Assembly (NCBI RefSeq): GCF_001194135.2
Contig: NC_068990.1
Span: forward strand, 4,425,765 to 4,489,764
Source of the DNA: Octopus bimaculoides
Lineage: Eukaryota
DNA length: 64,000 bases
Direction: 5' to 3'
A program made the position numbers and the translations under genes. Every line of letters starts with the position of its first letter. The stretch's first letter is position 1. Below the pieces are notes generated by a model, which saw only the letters and a program-made list of their open reading frames with translations, had not been told where the DNA came from and did no database searches. Below are positions 51,596 to 64,000 of this stretch, piece after piece.

Positions 51596-54500
51596 TAATA
51601 CTAATGCCACACATTTCATCTGAATACTAAAGCTGACTGAATTACCTGCCTGGTACTTATGGATATGAAGCAATGAAAGCCAAGATAATTAAAAGAGATG
51701 ATACTAAAATGTTTTAAGACATTTAATGTAAAATTCTACTGTTTCTAGTACCACAACTATATCAATTATAAGATCTACCTTTGAAACACACTTTCAATTA
51801 CAAAAAAGTAGTACATTGAGCCTTTTTCATATTAATGCTCAAATTACCCTCATCTCTTATGAGATTAATGAAAACTAATATACTTGAATAAATGATGGAT
51901 ATCTCAATTCCCAAATACAACACAGCCATAACTGCTTCATATAGTCATAATATTTCAATACTTTCCTAATATTTTATCTTTGTTTTCAAGAAGAGTATCT
52001 TAAAAAAGTCCTACGACAAGTAGTTACAAAACTTGTTAACCTGTTATAAGTGGATCATGTTAAGATATGCAAATAGCTCAGAGATACTGCCTGAAAGACT
52101 TGTTCAAACTTTAAAGCACATTTATAGGTTTGAAATTGTCATAAAGAATTGCTTTTTAGCAAACCTAACTGTTCAAATCAATAAATATTAGAGTTGAAAT
52201 TAACCAGAATATCCAAGATATATGAGTAAGTGATGTAATCACTGAAGGACCAGATATGGCATATGTAAAAGTATAAAAACAAAGTAATATATTTGAAGAC
52301 TGGGAATTACACAGACTAATGAAATGCATATAAAACTAAGTAAAATATAACCTCAATGTAGTATTATACTAGCTAAATTTCGTAAAAAGAATTCAAAGAA
52401 AGGAAGCACTTTAAATTGGAAACTCATGTAAAACTTGATAGACATTATATAAGACAATGTAGTAGTAGAGGTTTTAGGTGAGCTCTGTAGTATCTATAGT
52501 TAGTCTAGACATCAACTTCTATAAAGAAAAATATAAGATAAACTCGTGCTACTGTATTAAAACAGGAAAACAATACAAATACTTCTATACAAACAAAAAC
52601 AAGATTTGTTTAGAATTAGACACCTTTCTCTTTACATACTGTATGTTGGAAATGACAAACATCTTAACATGTGAGAAATCATGATTTTAATGAATATGAA
52701 TAATCAACTAAGGTATGGTGAATCTGAAAAATCAAAAATGACATGGTTACTAAAATTTCTATATAACCAGGGCAATGTTGCAAGCTGAGTTGCCTCTAAA
52801 TAAAACGATATACACTGAAGAGAAGAGAGAACAGCAAATAATTGCAGATGAGTACCAGTGTCTCACATCTAAATATAACATTGTGTAACAAAATTTCTTT
52901 TTTTTTTTTTTTCTCTCCTTGGACAGTAAGTGATATTTCCTTTTTGTTTCGATCTAGAAATGAAAGGAAATGACTACTATTCCCGACAAACTTTGCTTTT
53001 CTGACCAGGCTGTTGATGTTTTAAAACTGACCTATTTTCCATTACAATTCAGACTGATTCAGTGCTGAATTGCTGAAGCGGAAATATCATTATAACAAAT
53101 ATTCTGCTCAATACCACAGATTTGCTTGTCAGTTGCTTGACCTTAATCATGTCCCTTAGCGACTAACAATATGTGTATCTCTGATGATGAGCAGGAATAG
53201 TGGTGGAGCATCACAGCCATGTGTTGAGAGGGATTTTTGGGGGTTTGAATAAATCTAACAAAAGCGAAGTTTCAAGGAAATATTATCCATTTTTCATACT
53301 TTCTATGGGTAAACAAATAGGAAATAACAGATGCCACCGAAGGACCTAAATTGGTTATATTCAAGAAAATAAATCATAAGTTTACATATGTGAAAACTAA
53401 ATTTAGCTAATATTTCATAAAAATAACTTTCTGATATATTGCTAGGCCAGTTTGCTGGATGAGTAGGATGGGATGTAACAGTTCGAGTCAGTTCTTATTT
53501 GGACTTACTGCCCTTCTAGACTGGCTGGAAGACTATGACTGGCTCATACATTTCATTTTCTTGGCTTTGTTTTTGTGGTGGGATGGCCTACTGGGTATAT
53601 TTTATCACTGAGGCAGCAAGTCATCTTGACTCACATTGTCTCCATCCATTCACCACCAACTTACAAAGTGTCTTGATTGGATTATAGATTATGAGGCTAA
53701 ACAAGAGGGATCGCTTTGTATTTATAAGATTAGAGTCTTCACCTCTCTATGATGTGCTCATTCACTCAGAGCTACATGGCTGAGGAAGAGTAATGATAGA
53801 TGAAAAAGTATGGTATGATGGTAGAAATAGAATGAGTGGAGTGAGATGATTGTAGGTGGGGGAGGGAAAGATGGATAGTAATAGATGTGGATAAATGGTA
53901 AGGCTGAATGATGGATGTCAATAGCAAAGGGTCTGAAGGGGATCAGGAACTGATGGCCTGAAGCAGATGGGTTTCGTATATTTTACCCCTGTGTCGTATA
54001 TTGCCCAGAAGGGCAATATTAGATTGGTTGGGGTGCTTCTAGATCTGATGAATAGGAGAGATCCATGCAATCCTTAGTTATCTTGGCAGCACATTACAGT
54101 GAGAGAGAAAAGAAAGTGATAAAAAGATGATGACAGAAGAATGAGAAATAGAAGGATAAATAATATCTTTCTATTGTAAATGAGTTCCTTTTCAAGTTTG
54201 AGCTATTTTTGGTTTATTTTATATATTCTTCTCTAGTTTGATGAATAACTCCTCAATTTCTGATTCGACTATCTCTATTAGATTATCTGTGACATTATCT
54301 GCATACATTTCCTTGTCTAATGGCTGTATCCAATATATACATGATTTTTATTACAGCAACATAAAGAAAAACTAAGTGAAATGTGAATAAGATCTTGCTA
54401 TTGAAAACTTAGCTGATAAGCAGCCATTTTCAGAGATCACTGAACATCATCAACCTTTATCATCTAAAGTTATGTTGATGAAACAATGACAAGGGATACA

Positions 54501-54944
54501 GATAATCTGTCTTTCAATAAAAACTGAATGATCTTGTTTGATCACAGTAACAATTATCAAAACGAACCAGTTTCACAAACAACCAAAATGTCCTTCCATG
54601 GAAATCACATGTTCATAATGCATCATAAATCTATGAAGGACACAGCCTAGTATTTATCCAATAAATTTACTAAAATGAATTTTCTAGCATGGTATGATGT
54701 TATTTTCTAATAAAGTATGATTTTAGTATTTTTGAACAAATTATACAGATACTGCAATTTAGAAACTGAAACAATAAATCTGACACAATAGAGTAATAAT
54801 GTTGTTGTTGTTGTTGTTATTTAGCCACCACTCCACCCCACCTCATCACTCACCTCAGTTAAGCATATTAACGATAAAAGACATTCTAGCTATAACAGCT
54901 TACATTTTAATACATTTAAGACTACATTGCCCAATCATCATCAT

Positions 54945-55270
54945 CATCATCATCATTTAACGTTCATTTTCCATGCTGGCATGGGTTAGACAGTTTGACT
55001 GGAACTGATAAGCAGGAGAGCTACACCAGGTTCTAGTCTGATTTGGCACAGTTTCTACAGCAGGATGCCCTTCCTAATGCGAACCACTCCAAGAGTGTAA
55101 TGAATGCTTTTTATGTGCCATTTATATGACACTGGCAACAATCGCGACTATGATTTCAGCTGGCTTGATGAGTCCACTCAAGCACAGCATATACCCCAAG
55201 GTCTCGGTCACTTGTCATTTGAAGACCATGCTTCACCACCTCATTCCATGTCTTCCTGGGTCTACCTCTT

Positions 55271-55272
<2 letters not shown>
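54945..55272 (-). mobile_element. RTE 3' end, internally deleted
   Basis: GRGRPRKTWNEVVKH plus 3' UTR and (GAT)n tail. Confidence 0.9.
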
Positions 55273-55321
<49 letters not shown>

Positions 55322-55497
55322 AGAAAGTTGGTATGTGAAAGCATGTGGCTGGATGTATAAAAGATAGTAAGAGTGAAAAAACTACAGAAGGCTTGTGTTA
55401 CATGGTTAAAGTATATATTTAAATTATGTCAGAAAAATGTAAGAAAAATGTTATAAAAATGTTATAAAATTTTTTTGGTATATAAACATTGCATTTT

Positions 55498-55623
55498 GAG
55501 AAATAACCGGTTTCGTGTTGTCTTTTCAAATTTCTCTACTTCATTGTGTCGTGTTCGTTCCAGTCTGAGAAAGAAGAGTTCTAGATAGGGGGAGGTAATT
55601 AGGGATTTCTTCTGGTATAGGGG
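55498..55623 (-). mobile_element. Probable Penelope-like terminus beside the assembly gap, with a hammerhead-shaped motif at 55498-55536
   Basis: GAGAAAT-TTGAAAA-GacaacaC-GAAA-CCGG-TT-ATTTCTC. Confidence 0.45.
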
Positions 55624-56029
55624 NNNNNNNNNNNNNNNNNNNNNNNNNNNNNNNNNNNNNNNNNNNNNNNNNNNNNNNNNNNNNNNNNNNNNNNNNNNNN
55701 NNNNNNNNNNNNNNNNNNNNNNNNNNNNNNNNNNNNNNNNNNNNNNNNNNNNNNNNNNNNNNNNNNNNNNNNNNNNNNNNNNNNNNNNNNNNNNNNNNNN
55801 NNNNNNNNNNNNNNNNNNNNNNNNNNNNNNNNNNNNNNNNNNNNNNNNNNNNNNNNNNNNNNNNNNNNNNNNNNNNNNNNNNNNNNNNNNNNNNNNNNNN
55901 NNNNNNNNNNNNNNNNNNNNNNNNNNNNNNNNNNNNNNNNNNNNNNNNNNNNNNNNNNNNNNNNNNNNNNNNNNNNNNNNNNNNNNNNNNNNNNNNNNNN
56001 NNNNNNNNNNNNNNNNNNNNNNNNNNNNN
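55624..56029. other. Assembly gap
   Basis: Run of N. Confidence 1.
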
Positions 56030-56399
56030 ATATATTATATATTATTTCTGAATCTCTTTGATTCTTTAGATGTGCTGGCCTCCTGATAATTAATCGATAT
56101 TAATTAATATATGATTAATTACCAGATTTTATAATTATATATATATATAAATAAATGTGTGTGTTTTTTCCTTGTTTACAATTAACATGGAAAAAATAGA
56201 TAGATAGTTACCAGGCTAGCAAAAAATCACACAAGTAACACCTTGTTTTTAAAGGTAGAAACTCCGGGTTTATGTGAAATATTTTGTATAATATAAATAA
56301 ATAAATAAATAAATGGAGTTAAACACAGGTGTTATTCAACTTCTTTTATTTCCGACACATGTTTTGAAGATATCATTGGTATTATTCCATCTCCTCTAT

Positions 56400-57700
56400 G
56401 TACATGATTCAAAACTATTTAAAACATGAAGGACAATGCCTATTTGAAAAACCTACAAAAAATTGTACTGGAATTCAAATGAAATATGAAAATGAATTTG
56501 GGATAAGAGAAATATGCAAAATCTAATACAGAACATTCAATTAAATTCAGAAATTGAATTCAGAGTATTAGAATAAAATCACCAATCCAAATACTTGGGA
56601 AGAGATGAAATTTATTAAGATATCACCCATAAAGGAAAAGTTAGATAAGAATGCACCAGAAGAGTCAAATCGATATTGGTTTCAAATTCTGGCACAATTT
56701 GGGGTGAGGTTGTAATTTGATTACATCGACTCCAGTACTCAGCTTGTATTTATTTTATCGACTGTGAAAGGCTAAAAGATAAAGTCAACCTTGACAGAAT
56801 TTGAACACAGAATGTAAAGATAGATGAAATGCTGCTAAACATTTTGCCTGGTATGCTAACAAGTCTGCCAGCTCACCACTTTAATTCAAACTGATATTAA
56901 CATCCAGTTAAGATAATTGATATAAATACATAAGCCATTCCAGTTATAAACTGGAATTGTAAGTGAATTGAAGAGCTTTATTCATTGCTACTCTTGGAGG
57001 TAGTAAAATGTAAGGAAATATGAAGAACACTAAATAATTTTCTCTATAGCTAAGGAAACAATATGATACAAATTAGAAACTAATTCAGCAAGTTTAGGTA
57101 AAAGCAAAGCAGTTAAAAAAGGGAGAACGATACAATTAAAATAGAAATGTTATAGCAGAAACCCTCTCCATGGTGAATATCCTGCATAAGTTCATATGAA
57201 AATCAAAAATGGTTTAAAAGTTCTAGAATAAAAGCAGAAAGAGAAGGCCTGATTATACTGATTATAATGCTATAGAATCAATGCCTAGTCATAAAATTAA
57301 TTATAATTAAACTGATAATAAAATAAGAGACTTGTATCAATTGCAGACTATACAATAACCCCAATTTTGTTTTAAAATAGCACATATTCTATATAATCAT
57401 CATTTAAGACAATAATATAATCCAGAAAACAAACAAACAAAGAAAAACTTAAAGAGTAACAATGAAACAAACTTCCACAACAAAACAAATTTGAAGTAAC
57501 ATACACACAACAAACTAGAAGACCATGCTGCACACACCTTAGAAACACAGAGATGCAACTGATAGTGCAATAGAAGCTCATATGAAACCATTGGAAATAT
57601 AATGACATTAATTACATCTATGAACAAGAGTATTAATAACAATTATAACTGGCATAATATGAAATAAAAATAAACAAAACTTTAATAATTTCATAACTGT
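56400..57700 (+). mobile_element. Highly degraded R4/Dong LINE, interrupted by a SINE family B copy (56670-56884, minus)
   Basis: Remnants resembling EFG..K.AK, KYLG, KPLHGEY and KWFKSSRIKAEREGLII (Dong 'WL...LK.ETEGLI'). Confidence 0.55.
56670..56884 (-). mobile_element. SINE family B
   Basis: Reverse complement of the consensus. Confidence 0.88.
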
Positions 57701-57963
57701 GCAAAGGGAATATATATATTTTATAGGTATATTTTTCATATTTCTCAAATTAATGATGCAAATCTACAGAGATAATCTAATTACAGTGATAAGGTAAAGA
57801 ATTCGGAAGATGGATCATGAATACAAATATGTTAGATAATTGTGTTCACGAAACCATGAAAACATTTTCCTAATGAGAACAAGATATACAGATAATTTAT
57901 ATATTTTTAGTATTTAATATATGTGTGTCTAAATAAATATAATTATATATAATGTGTGTGTAA

Positions 57964-58037
<74 letters not shown>

Positions 58038-58782
58038 ATATGTATATATACATATATATCATTCAACTATGGTAGTAGTTGAATAATATTCTTAAGGCCA
58101 CAATTTACTCATATGCAGCATCTTTCAGAGCTTGTCACTAATTCAGTTCTTAACGAAATGGAAAACTGTTAACATTGTTGAAGAGGACTGGTCCCCAGCT
58201 ACATTTTAACATAAAAAATTTGAGATTTACTCCAGTTGGAAAAAATTTATATCAAAATTTGTAGCGACATTATAGGAGAGTAAGTAACACCACCAATCAA
58301 ATTTAGATCTAAATAACTTTTTTTATTTTAAAAGCAAAATATATTTATCTTAGCTTCAATGATAGAAGAAAGTGTGAGGAACTTCATAGTTTTGATCCCA
58401 TGCAAAAAAGTTGTGAGGTAAAATATGAAAAAATATAAGGCAAAAAATTGGATTTAAGTATAATTAACTTTTACATTTTAAAAACAAACTATATTTTAAT
58501 TAAGCTTAAATAATAGAGCTCAATTCAATGAATTTCATGGTATCAATCTCATGCAATGAAATTTTTAAAGAAAAAAGTTTTGAGTGTTTGTTTCGCAAAT
58601 TTGAGGGTGATAATGTAGTTCTATACTTTTTTATGAATATAGTTCCATAAGGGGACTTTTGATATATGTCAATGGCATCATTGAGGTAAGGAAAACATTA
58701 TCTACAACACCACTAATTGACACATTATTAATTAGTATAAAAGCATAGCCTGGAAAAAACATGGATTACATGGAAAAATGCA

Positions 58783-59147
58783 AGCAAGAGAAATAATATT
58801 CTTAAAATTATAAATCTGGAAAAGTACAGGACAAGTTATTACATCTGGTAAAGAACAGAACAAGAAAAGTTTTACTTAAAATATTGCAGCTAAGGAGTTA
58901 TTATATTTTGAGTTATTTTTTTAATTTTTAATAGAACAAGTAATAACAAATAGAAATAATAATTTGTAATAAAATTTTTAGCTTTAATAAAAGCTAATAT
59001 TTTCTAAACCTAAATAATTTATTTGAAATTTTATCCTTAGCTGCAATATTTTAAGTAAAAATTTTCTTGTCCTGAACTTTTCCAATTGTAATAACTTGTC
59101 CTGTACTTTTCCAGATTTATAATCTTAAGAATATTATTGCTCTTGCT
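58783..59147. repeat. Inverted repeat with about 114-bp arms (58783-58896, 59034-59147) and a 137-bp spacer
   Basis: agcaagagaaataatattcttaaaattataaatctggaaaagtacaggacaagttattac...atattgcagctaagga versus its reverse complement; high identity by eye. Confidence 0.92.
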
Positions 59148-59163
59148 CACATTTCTCCTTGTA

Positions 59164-59164
<1 letters not shown>

Positions 59165-59244
<80 letters not shown>

Positions 59245-59284
59245 TATACAGAAACACACATATGAACACACATTATATATATAA

Positions 59285-59316
<32 letters not shown>

Positions 59317-59450
59317 ATGTACATATACACACACAACCATGTTCATTGACAGTTTATATACATATGTGTATGTATGGGTGTCCGCACACACATACACATA
59401 TAGACAAAGGATATGTGTGTGCGTGTGTGTGTGTGTGGGTGTGTGTGTGT
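59165..59450. repeat. (AT)n and (GT)n microsatellite block
   Basis: Direct reading. Confidence 0.93.
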
Positions 59451-60447
59451 GCGCGCCTATGTATAAAAGTTGCTAGAAGCCTCCAGAGAATAAAAGCAAG
59501 ACATTTCAAAAGAATACATGAATCCAGTTTAGAATCAACGACCATTTAGCTAGGGTAGGCAAGTATTATCTTGGAAATTTTTCAAAAGTTTACCAATAAT
59601 GGGTAGTTGTCTCATATTACCTGTACTATTGGGATTATATATACTATTCTGTGTATTCTTTGTCCTCAGACCACTTAGGCATATGTTTGGTATTATTAGA
59701 AAAACTTCAGGAAAGAGAAACTTTAAAAAATAAGCACTGGGGTCAATTTGTGAAGGCAGTGCCCTAGAAGGCTGCAGTCTAATGACAGAAACAAGCAAAA
59801 GATAAAAATAAAAGATAACTGCAACTACTACAATCTGATATACATTTTGATTCTCTTTCATCATTTGTATATGCTTCCATACCAAGGCTAAAGTATTTAT
59901 TTCTCAATTAAACTGATGACAGGTTTCTGAATCTGTCCTTCCAATCATTTCTAATCTCTCTGAAGCTGTTCAATTTCTCAAGGCATAACCCTGATGAAAG
60001 CAATATATGATTCTATATTAATGATCAAACTCTCTCTCTTTCTATACTTACTCTCCAGTGATATTTCTGTTAGTTTCCTTATAGATACATCAGCAAATTC
60101 AATTACTTTTGAATATAGTGAAGGACAGGTAATTTACAGCTCAAAATTTCTTTCTGACCACAAACACATTATCACCGACTTTCTGGTTGCAGTTAGGCAT
60201 GTCAAAGTAAATACCAGTGCTCTACTATCTGTTCAAATCATGACACGACTTTCATGCTAATAAATCATTTTCAGCCTTACATCTGTTTTCCAAACTAGTA
60301 TGAGCGGTGTGTTTTATGTTGAAGCTATTATCTTTAGAAACAGAATGCTCTTTCTACTGCAGCAGCTTAACTGAAAATTGGAGCAAGTGAGTTAGGTGGC
60401 TTAGACAGAAACACTGCAAAGTAGTTTTAGCATAAAGATTTGAACTA

Positions 60448-60864
60448 CAGGATTTCATCGACTTACAGCCACAATTGGTTCCAACTGACTGGTCGTAAGT
60501 CAGCCTATAGCTCTACATAGCTTTGTCTATATTCTTACATTCTTAAGGTACATTCTCAGGTAAAAGTCACACAGCATTCTGTATTATACAATTATATTGG
60601 CATTAGTCAAAAGTTTCGGAGTTTCAAACAGTCACCTTATAAACAACTATGAGGTTGCCGTGATGTCTCCATGACAGGATATTCCTCCAACCCTTGGGAT
60701 AACCAAACCTAGGGGAAGCATTTGCTAGCTGACATCACCCATAGACAGGTTAATTTCTAAGAAATTAAACACATTAGATTTCAACTGAACTATTTATTAT
60801 TGCTGCCGGGAGCTGGCACACCAATCATCGTAAAGATGACTGGTCGTAAGTCGACAACGACCTG
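60448..60864. mobile_element. Tigger/pogo-like MITE, about 417 bp
   Basis: TA-caggatttcatcgacttacagcca ... tggtcgtaagtcgacaacgacctg-TA. Confidence 0.75.
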
Positions 60865-61464
60865 TAACAGTATTGTTGTCAGTAGTCCAGTCAGTACCTA
60901 AATGATGAAGGCTATGTTCAATGAACCAACACCAGTATCAAACTGGTACTCAATTCATCAACTGAGAGGTATAAAAGACAAAGTTTTATTTTTTCAAAAA
61001 TTTAATTTGAACTGTTAAAAAAATACTGCAAAAAGAACAAAATCAAAAATATAAGTAACTATAGCAAGACATTTAGTCAGACTGTAGCTTCATTACTGTT
61101 TACATATCTAATGTGAAAACATTAAAAAGATAATTAGAAATAATTATGCAGTGAAGGAAAAAACATTATAAGTGAGAATGATTAATAACCATTTTTAATT
61201 ATTTTGGCAAGCATGTTGACATCTATGCTTATCTATTGTTCTTTCATGTGGATGATGTCTGTGAGTAATTATTTATTCTCTTAACAATTGTTTCTATGCC
61301 AACTGTTTCACAATCTTGAACATTTATATAGTGATTTTTGTCATACTTTATCTAGTATGATGTAAAATCACTATTCTTTACTTATTATGTCATAATAAGA
61401 CTCAATTATCTCCAGAGTTGTCTTATATATGGAATAAAATAAGGAAAATAATAAGACTGTAACA

Positions 61465-62335
61465 TATTGAACCCAAAAGTATGCTTTAGTGGGTGCAATT
61501 TTGCTTGACTATATATAACCCTGGAAGATGTAATAACGTATGACCACATGGTTTTATGTTTACACTTAAACTAACGATATTTCTGCCAATTAGCAAGCTG
61601 TAAATCCCAAACCATGTGATTGTCTGCTTTTGCATCTTTGAGGGGTATAATCAAATAAATATGCACATAGTAAAGCATATTTGAGGATCTTTGTGGTTCT
61701 AATTGCTGTTTACAATTTTGTTTCATTTGTTTTCAAATTTGGTATATGGATTAAGCTTTGTATACTAATTATGAAAATAAAATTCATTTTTCTTATAAAT
61801 CCATAATTAAAAGGTTATTAGCCTTTAAAATTTGCAAAATTTGGATATTGTAGCCAATCAGAAGTGAGTATTTTACATATCACTGAAGTGAAAATTTCTA
61901 TTTCCATAGTAACCAAAGCAAAGAAGCACCATGTGTTGCATAGCTGATTGCAAAGAACTGTTTCCACAGTAACCAAAGATGCTGTGCATGTGCACAAGGA
62001 GGGGAAGGAGATACAAGAAAGATAATTTATTTTATAAAATCCCAGTTTAATGTTTTGACATGCTGCTGCCACGCTCCCTCCTGATGATGGAAGAAGCAGT
62101 GAACTGTTTTCTGATTGGCTGAAAATTCAGAAAATTATCAAACTTTGAATACTTGTAACATTTTTGCAAAATTTTTCTAGAATAAATGAATAACAAATTT
62201 GGATTCAGTATCAAAAGTTACATCTATACGATACATTAAAAAATTGTTTTGAAAATAATTGTAAACAGTGATGAAAACCACAAAGATCCTCAAATAGATA
62301 TGCACACACTAAAGCATATTTGCAGATTCAAAAAA
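61465..62335. mobile_element. MITE-like element with long imperfect inverted arms; a further right-arm copy lies near 63720-63800
   Basis: Exact 21-bp inverted pair at 61678-61698/62276-62296 and further pairs at 61706/62257, 61852/62109 and 61480/62301. Confidence 0.7.
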
Positions 62336-62698
62336 TTAAATAAACACTAAGGAAGCATCACAAATTTATTGCCAACATATTGGTAATTAATGTATACTAT
62401 CAATTTGGTATTGGTACATAAATGTAGCCATATCAGTACTGATTTTGTTTACATGATAGTACCTCTACATCTAGCAGCAACTAGTGGGTAGTGTGCAACT
62501 TTCAACAAGGCTTTTAAAAAAAGTCAAAAGTTGCCAGGCAATCTTACTTTCTAGTTGCTGAAAACTCTGTTGTTTAACCATATGGTATATTTTCAAAATG
62601 TGTCAAAATATATGTTTACTAAAGTTATGTTGTAACTTTGGTTACAAATGTAATTTCAAACATTCTCTGTTGGCTCAAGATTATACATATATACAAAC

Positions 62699-62736
<38 letters not shown>

Positions 62737-63126
62737 ACCAGAGAATGTTATAAATCAGAAGAAATATGCACTTGTATATTTGAAACAGAATGGGTATACT
62801 GTATTATATATCAATTTCAGGTGATTTTACCAATCAGTTTTGCACAAGAAATGCCAACTGATATTCTGGTATACTTAGGTTTTGCAAATAGAACTTAATA
62901 ACACCAAGTGATCTGGGTTGACCAATAGAGGCCAAACATCTAGAATCCTCTTGGTTTCATTTCTTATTATCTGATCTCCAAATGTCTGATGAGCCAAATG
63001 TTTGGTATCTGAGCCTATGAAACTAAGTTGTATGGATCCAAGTCAAACTGTTATTAAATGATACAAGTAACTCCGACTGAATGTGCCGAGTGCCATTGCC
63101 ACTTTCTTTCATCTGTCTGCTCACTC

Positions 63127-63181
63127 GTATGTATGTATGTATGTATGTATGTATGTATCCATCCATCTACCTCTCTGTGTA

Positions 63182-63227
<46 letters not shown>

Positions 63228-63252
63228 TACACACACACACACACACATATAC
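63127..63252. repeat. (GTAT)n/(GT)n/(AT)n/(AC)n compound microsatellite
   Basis: Direct reading. Confidence 0.93.
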
Positions 63253-64000
63253 ACTTGACCCTAATATTGTTAAAGGGTATTTCTATAAGTATAGAAATCT
63301 GTTAACTATTGGAAAAACTTCAAAGTCACAATCAATAAAATTTTTTAGATGTGTGTTTGTGTGTGTATGAGTGTAAAATGTTTGCTTTGAAAAGCATTTC
63401 AAAAGGCTGCTGAAACTTAAAACATCACTACTGAAGATGTATTAGTAGGTGAGATGTCTAATCTTAATAATTGATCTCTAACAGTAGAATTAATACACAT
63501 AATTAGAAATAACAAATTAGATAAATAATAAATGCTTTATGATACAAATAGTTTTAAAACTACTATTAAATGTTGAGGAGTTCAAACTAAATTTTCATGT
63601 TTTAGCAAAAATGAATTTACTACTTCGATTCTGTAGTAAATGTAAAGAAAGAAAACATTTTATACGTTTCAAAAAGTAAGGCTAAAGCTAAAATTTTATT
63701 TTGAAAACTAAAATACAGGATTAAACCATCTTTGAAAACAACACTTTTTGACAAACATTAGTAGAAACACAAAGATCATCTCAGAATGCATGTTTTGACC
63801 ACAAAAACCCACAATTAGTATTAGTCTATTGATATTACCACTATGAGCATGATCTTTGTCAAAACTTAAAATGGTGGTTTGTCAGATATGTTTTCTCCGA
63901 TGATAAACAATAGAAAATGAAATCTAAGAATTTTAACAAGTGAATATCAAGTATTTCATAACATTTTATGAAACAAAGATAGTAACCTGGTAAGATAATG

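Noticed and set aside
56345-56400. Hammerhead-like caaaacatgtgtc on the minus strand
   Set aside because: The CUGANGA core is absent (tagagga) and there is no stem I pairing. Too degenerate to call, although it could be a PLE end.
62986-63023. CTGATGAG...GAAAC hammerhead candidate
   Set aside because: The GCCAAA/TTTGGT stem is not followed by GAAA, and stems I and III cannot be formed.
374-63370. Many ORFs in the track with YI/CV/HT/YLSI/ICNN runs
   Set aside because: These are translations of microsatellites and minisatellites, not genes. ORFs spanning X runs cross an assembly gap.

Overview
Eukaryotic, very AT-rich and microsatellite-dense DNA with two assembly gaps (2508-2814, 55624-56029). 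The repeat families strongly resemble those of octopus or other coleoid cephalopods (inference from recall, not a database search). The only host-gene coding sequence I can support is one 132-nt minus-strand exon (20522-20653) of an MPP7-like MAGUK p55 scaffold gene (end of L27 to start of PDZ), so the window is probably mostly giant introns. The rest is mobile DNA: two tRNA-derived SINE families, RTE LINEs, R4/Dong LINE pieces, a Penelope-like RT remnant, a solo zinc-knuckle ORF1, mariner relics, and hAT and Tigger-like MITEs. Most interesting: (1) a head-to-head pair of tRNA-headed SINEs whose tails reconstruct to a minimal, Penelope-type hammerhead ribozyme, plus other hammerhead-shaped relics; (2) a PHD-finger-like insertion inside an RTE reverse transcriptase; (3) an RTE tail with three tandem C2H2 fingers; (4) several long inverted repeats that would fold in the pre-mRNA. 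Many repeat boundaries are approximate (about +/-20 bp), as read by eye.
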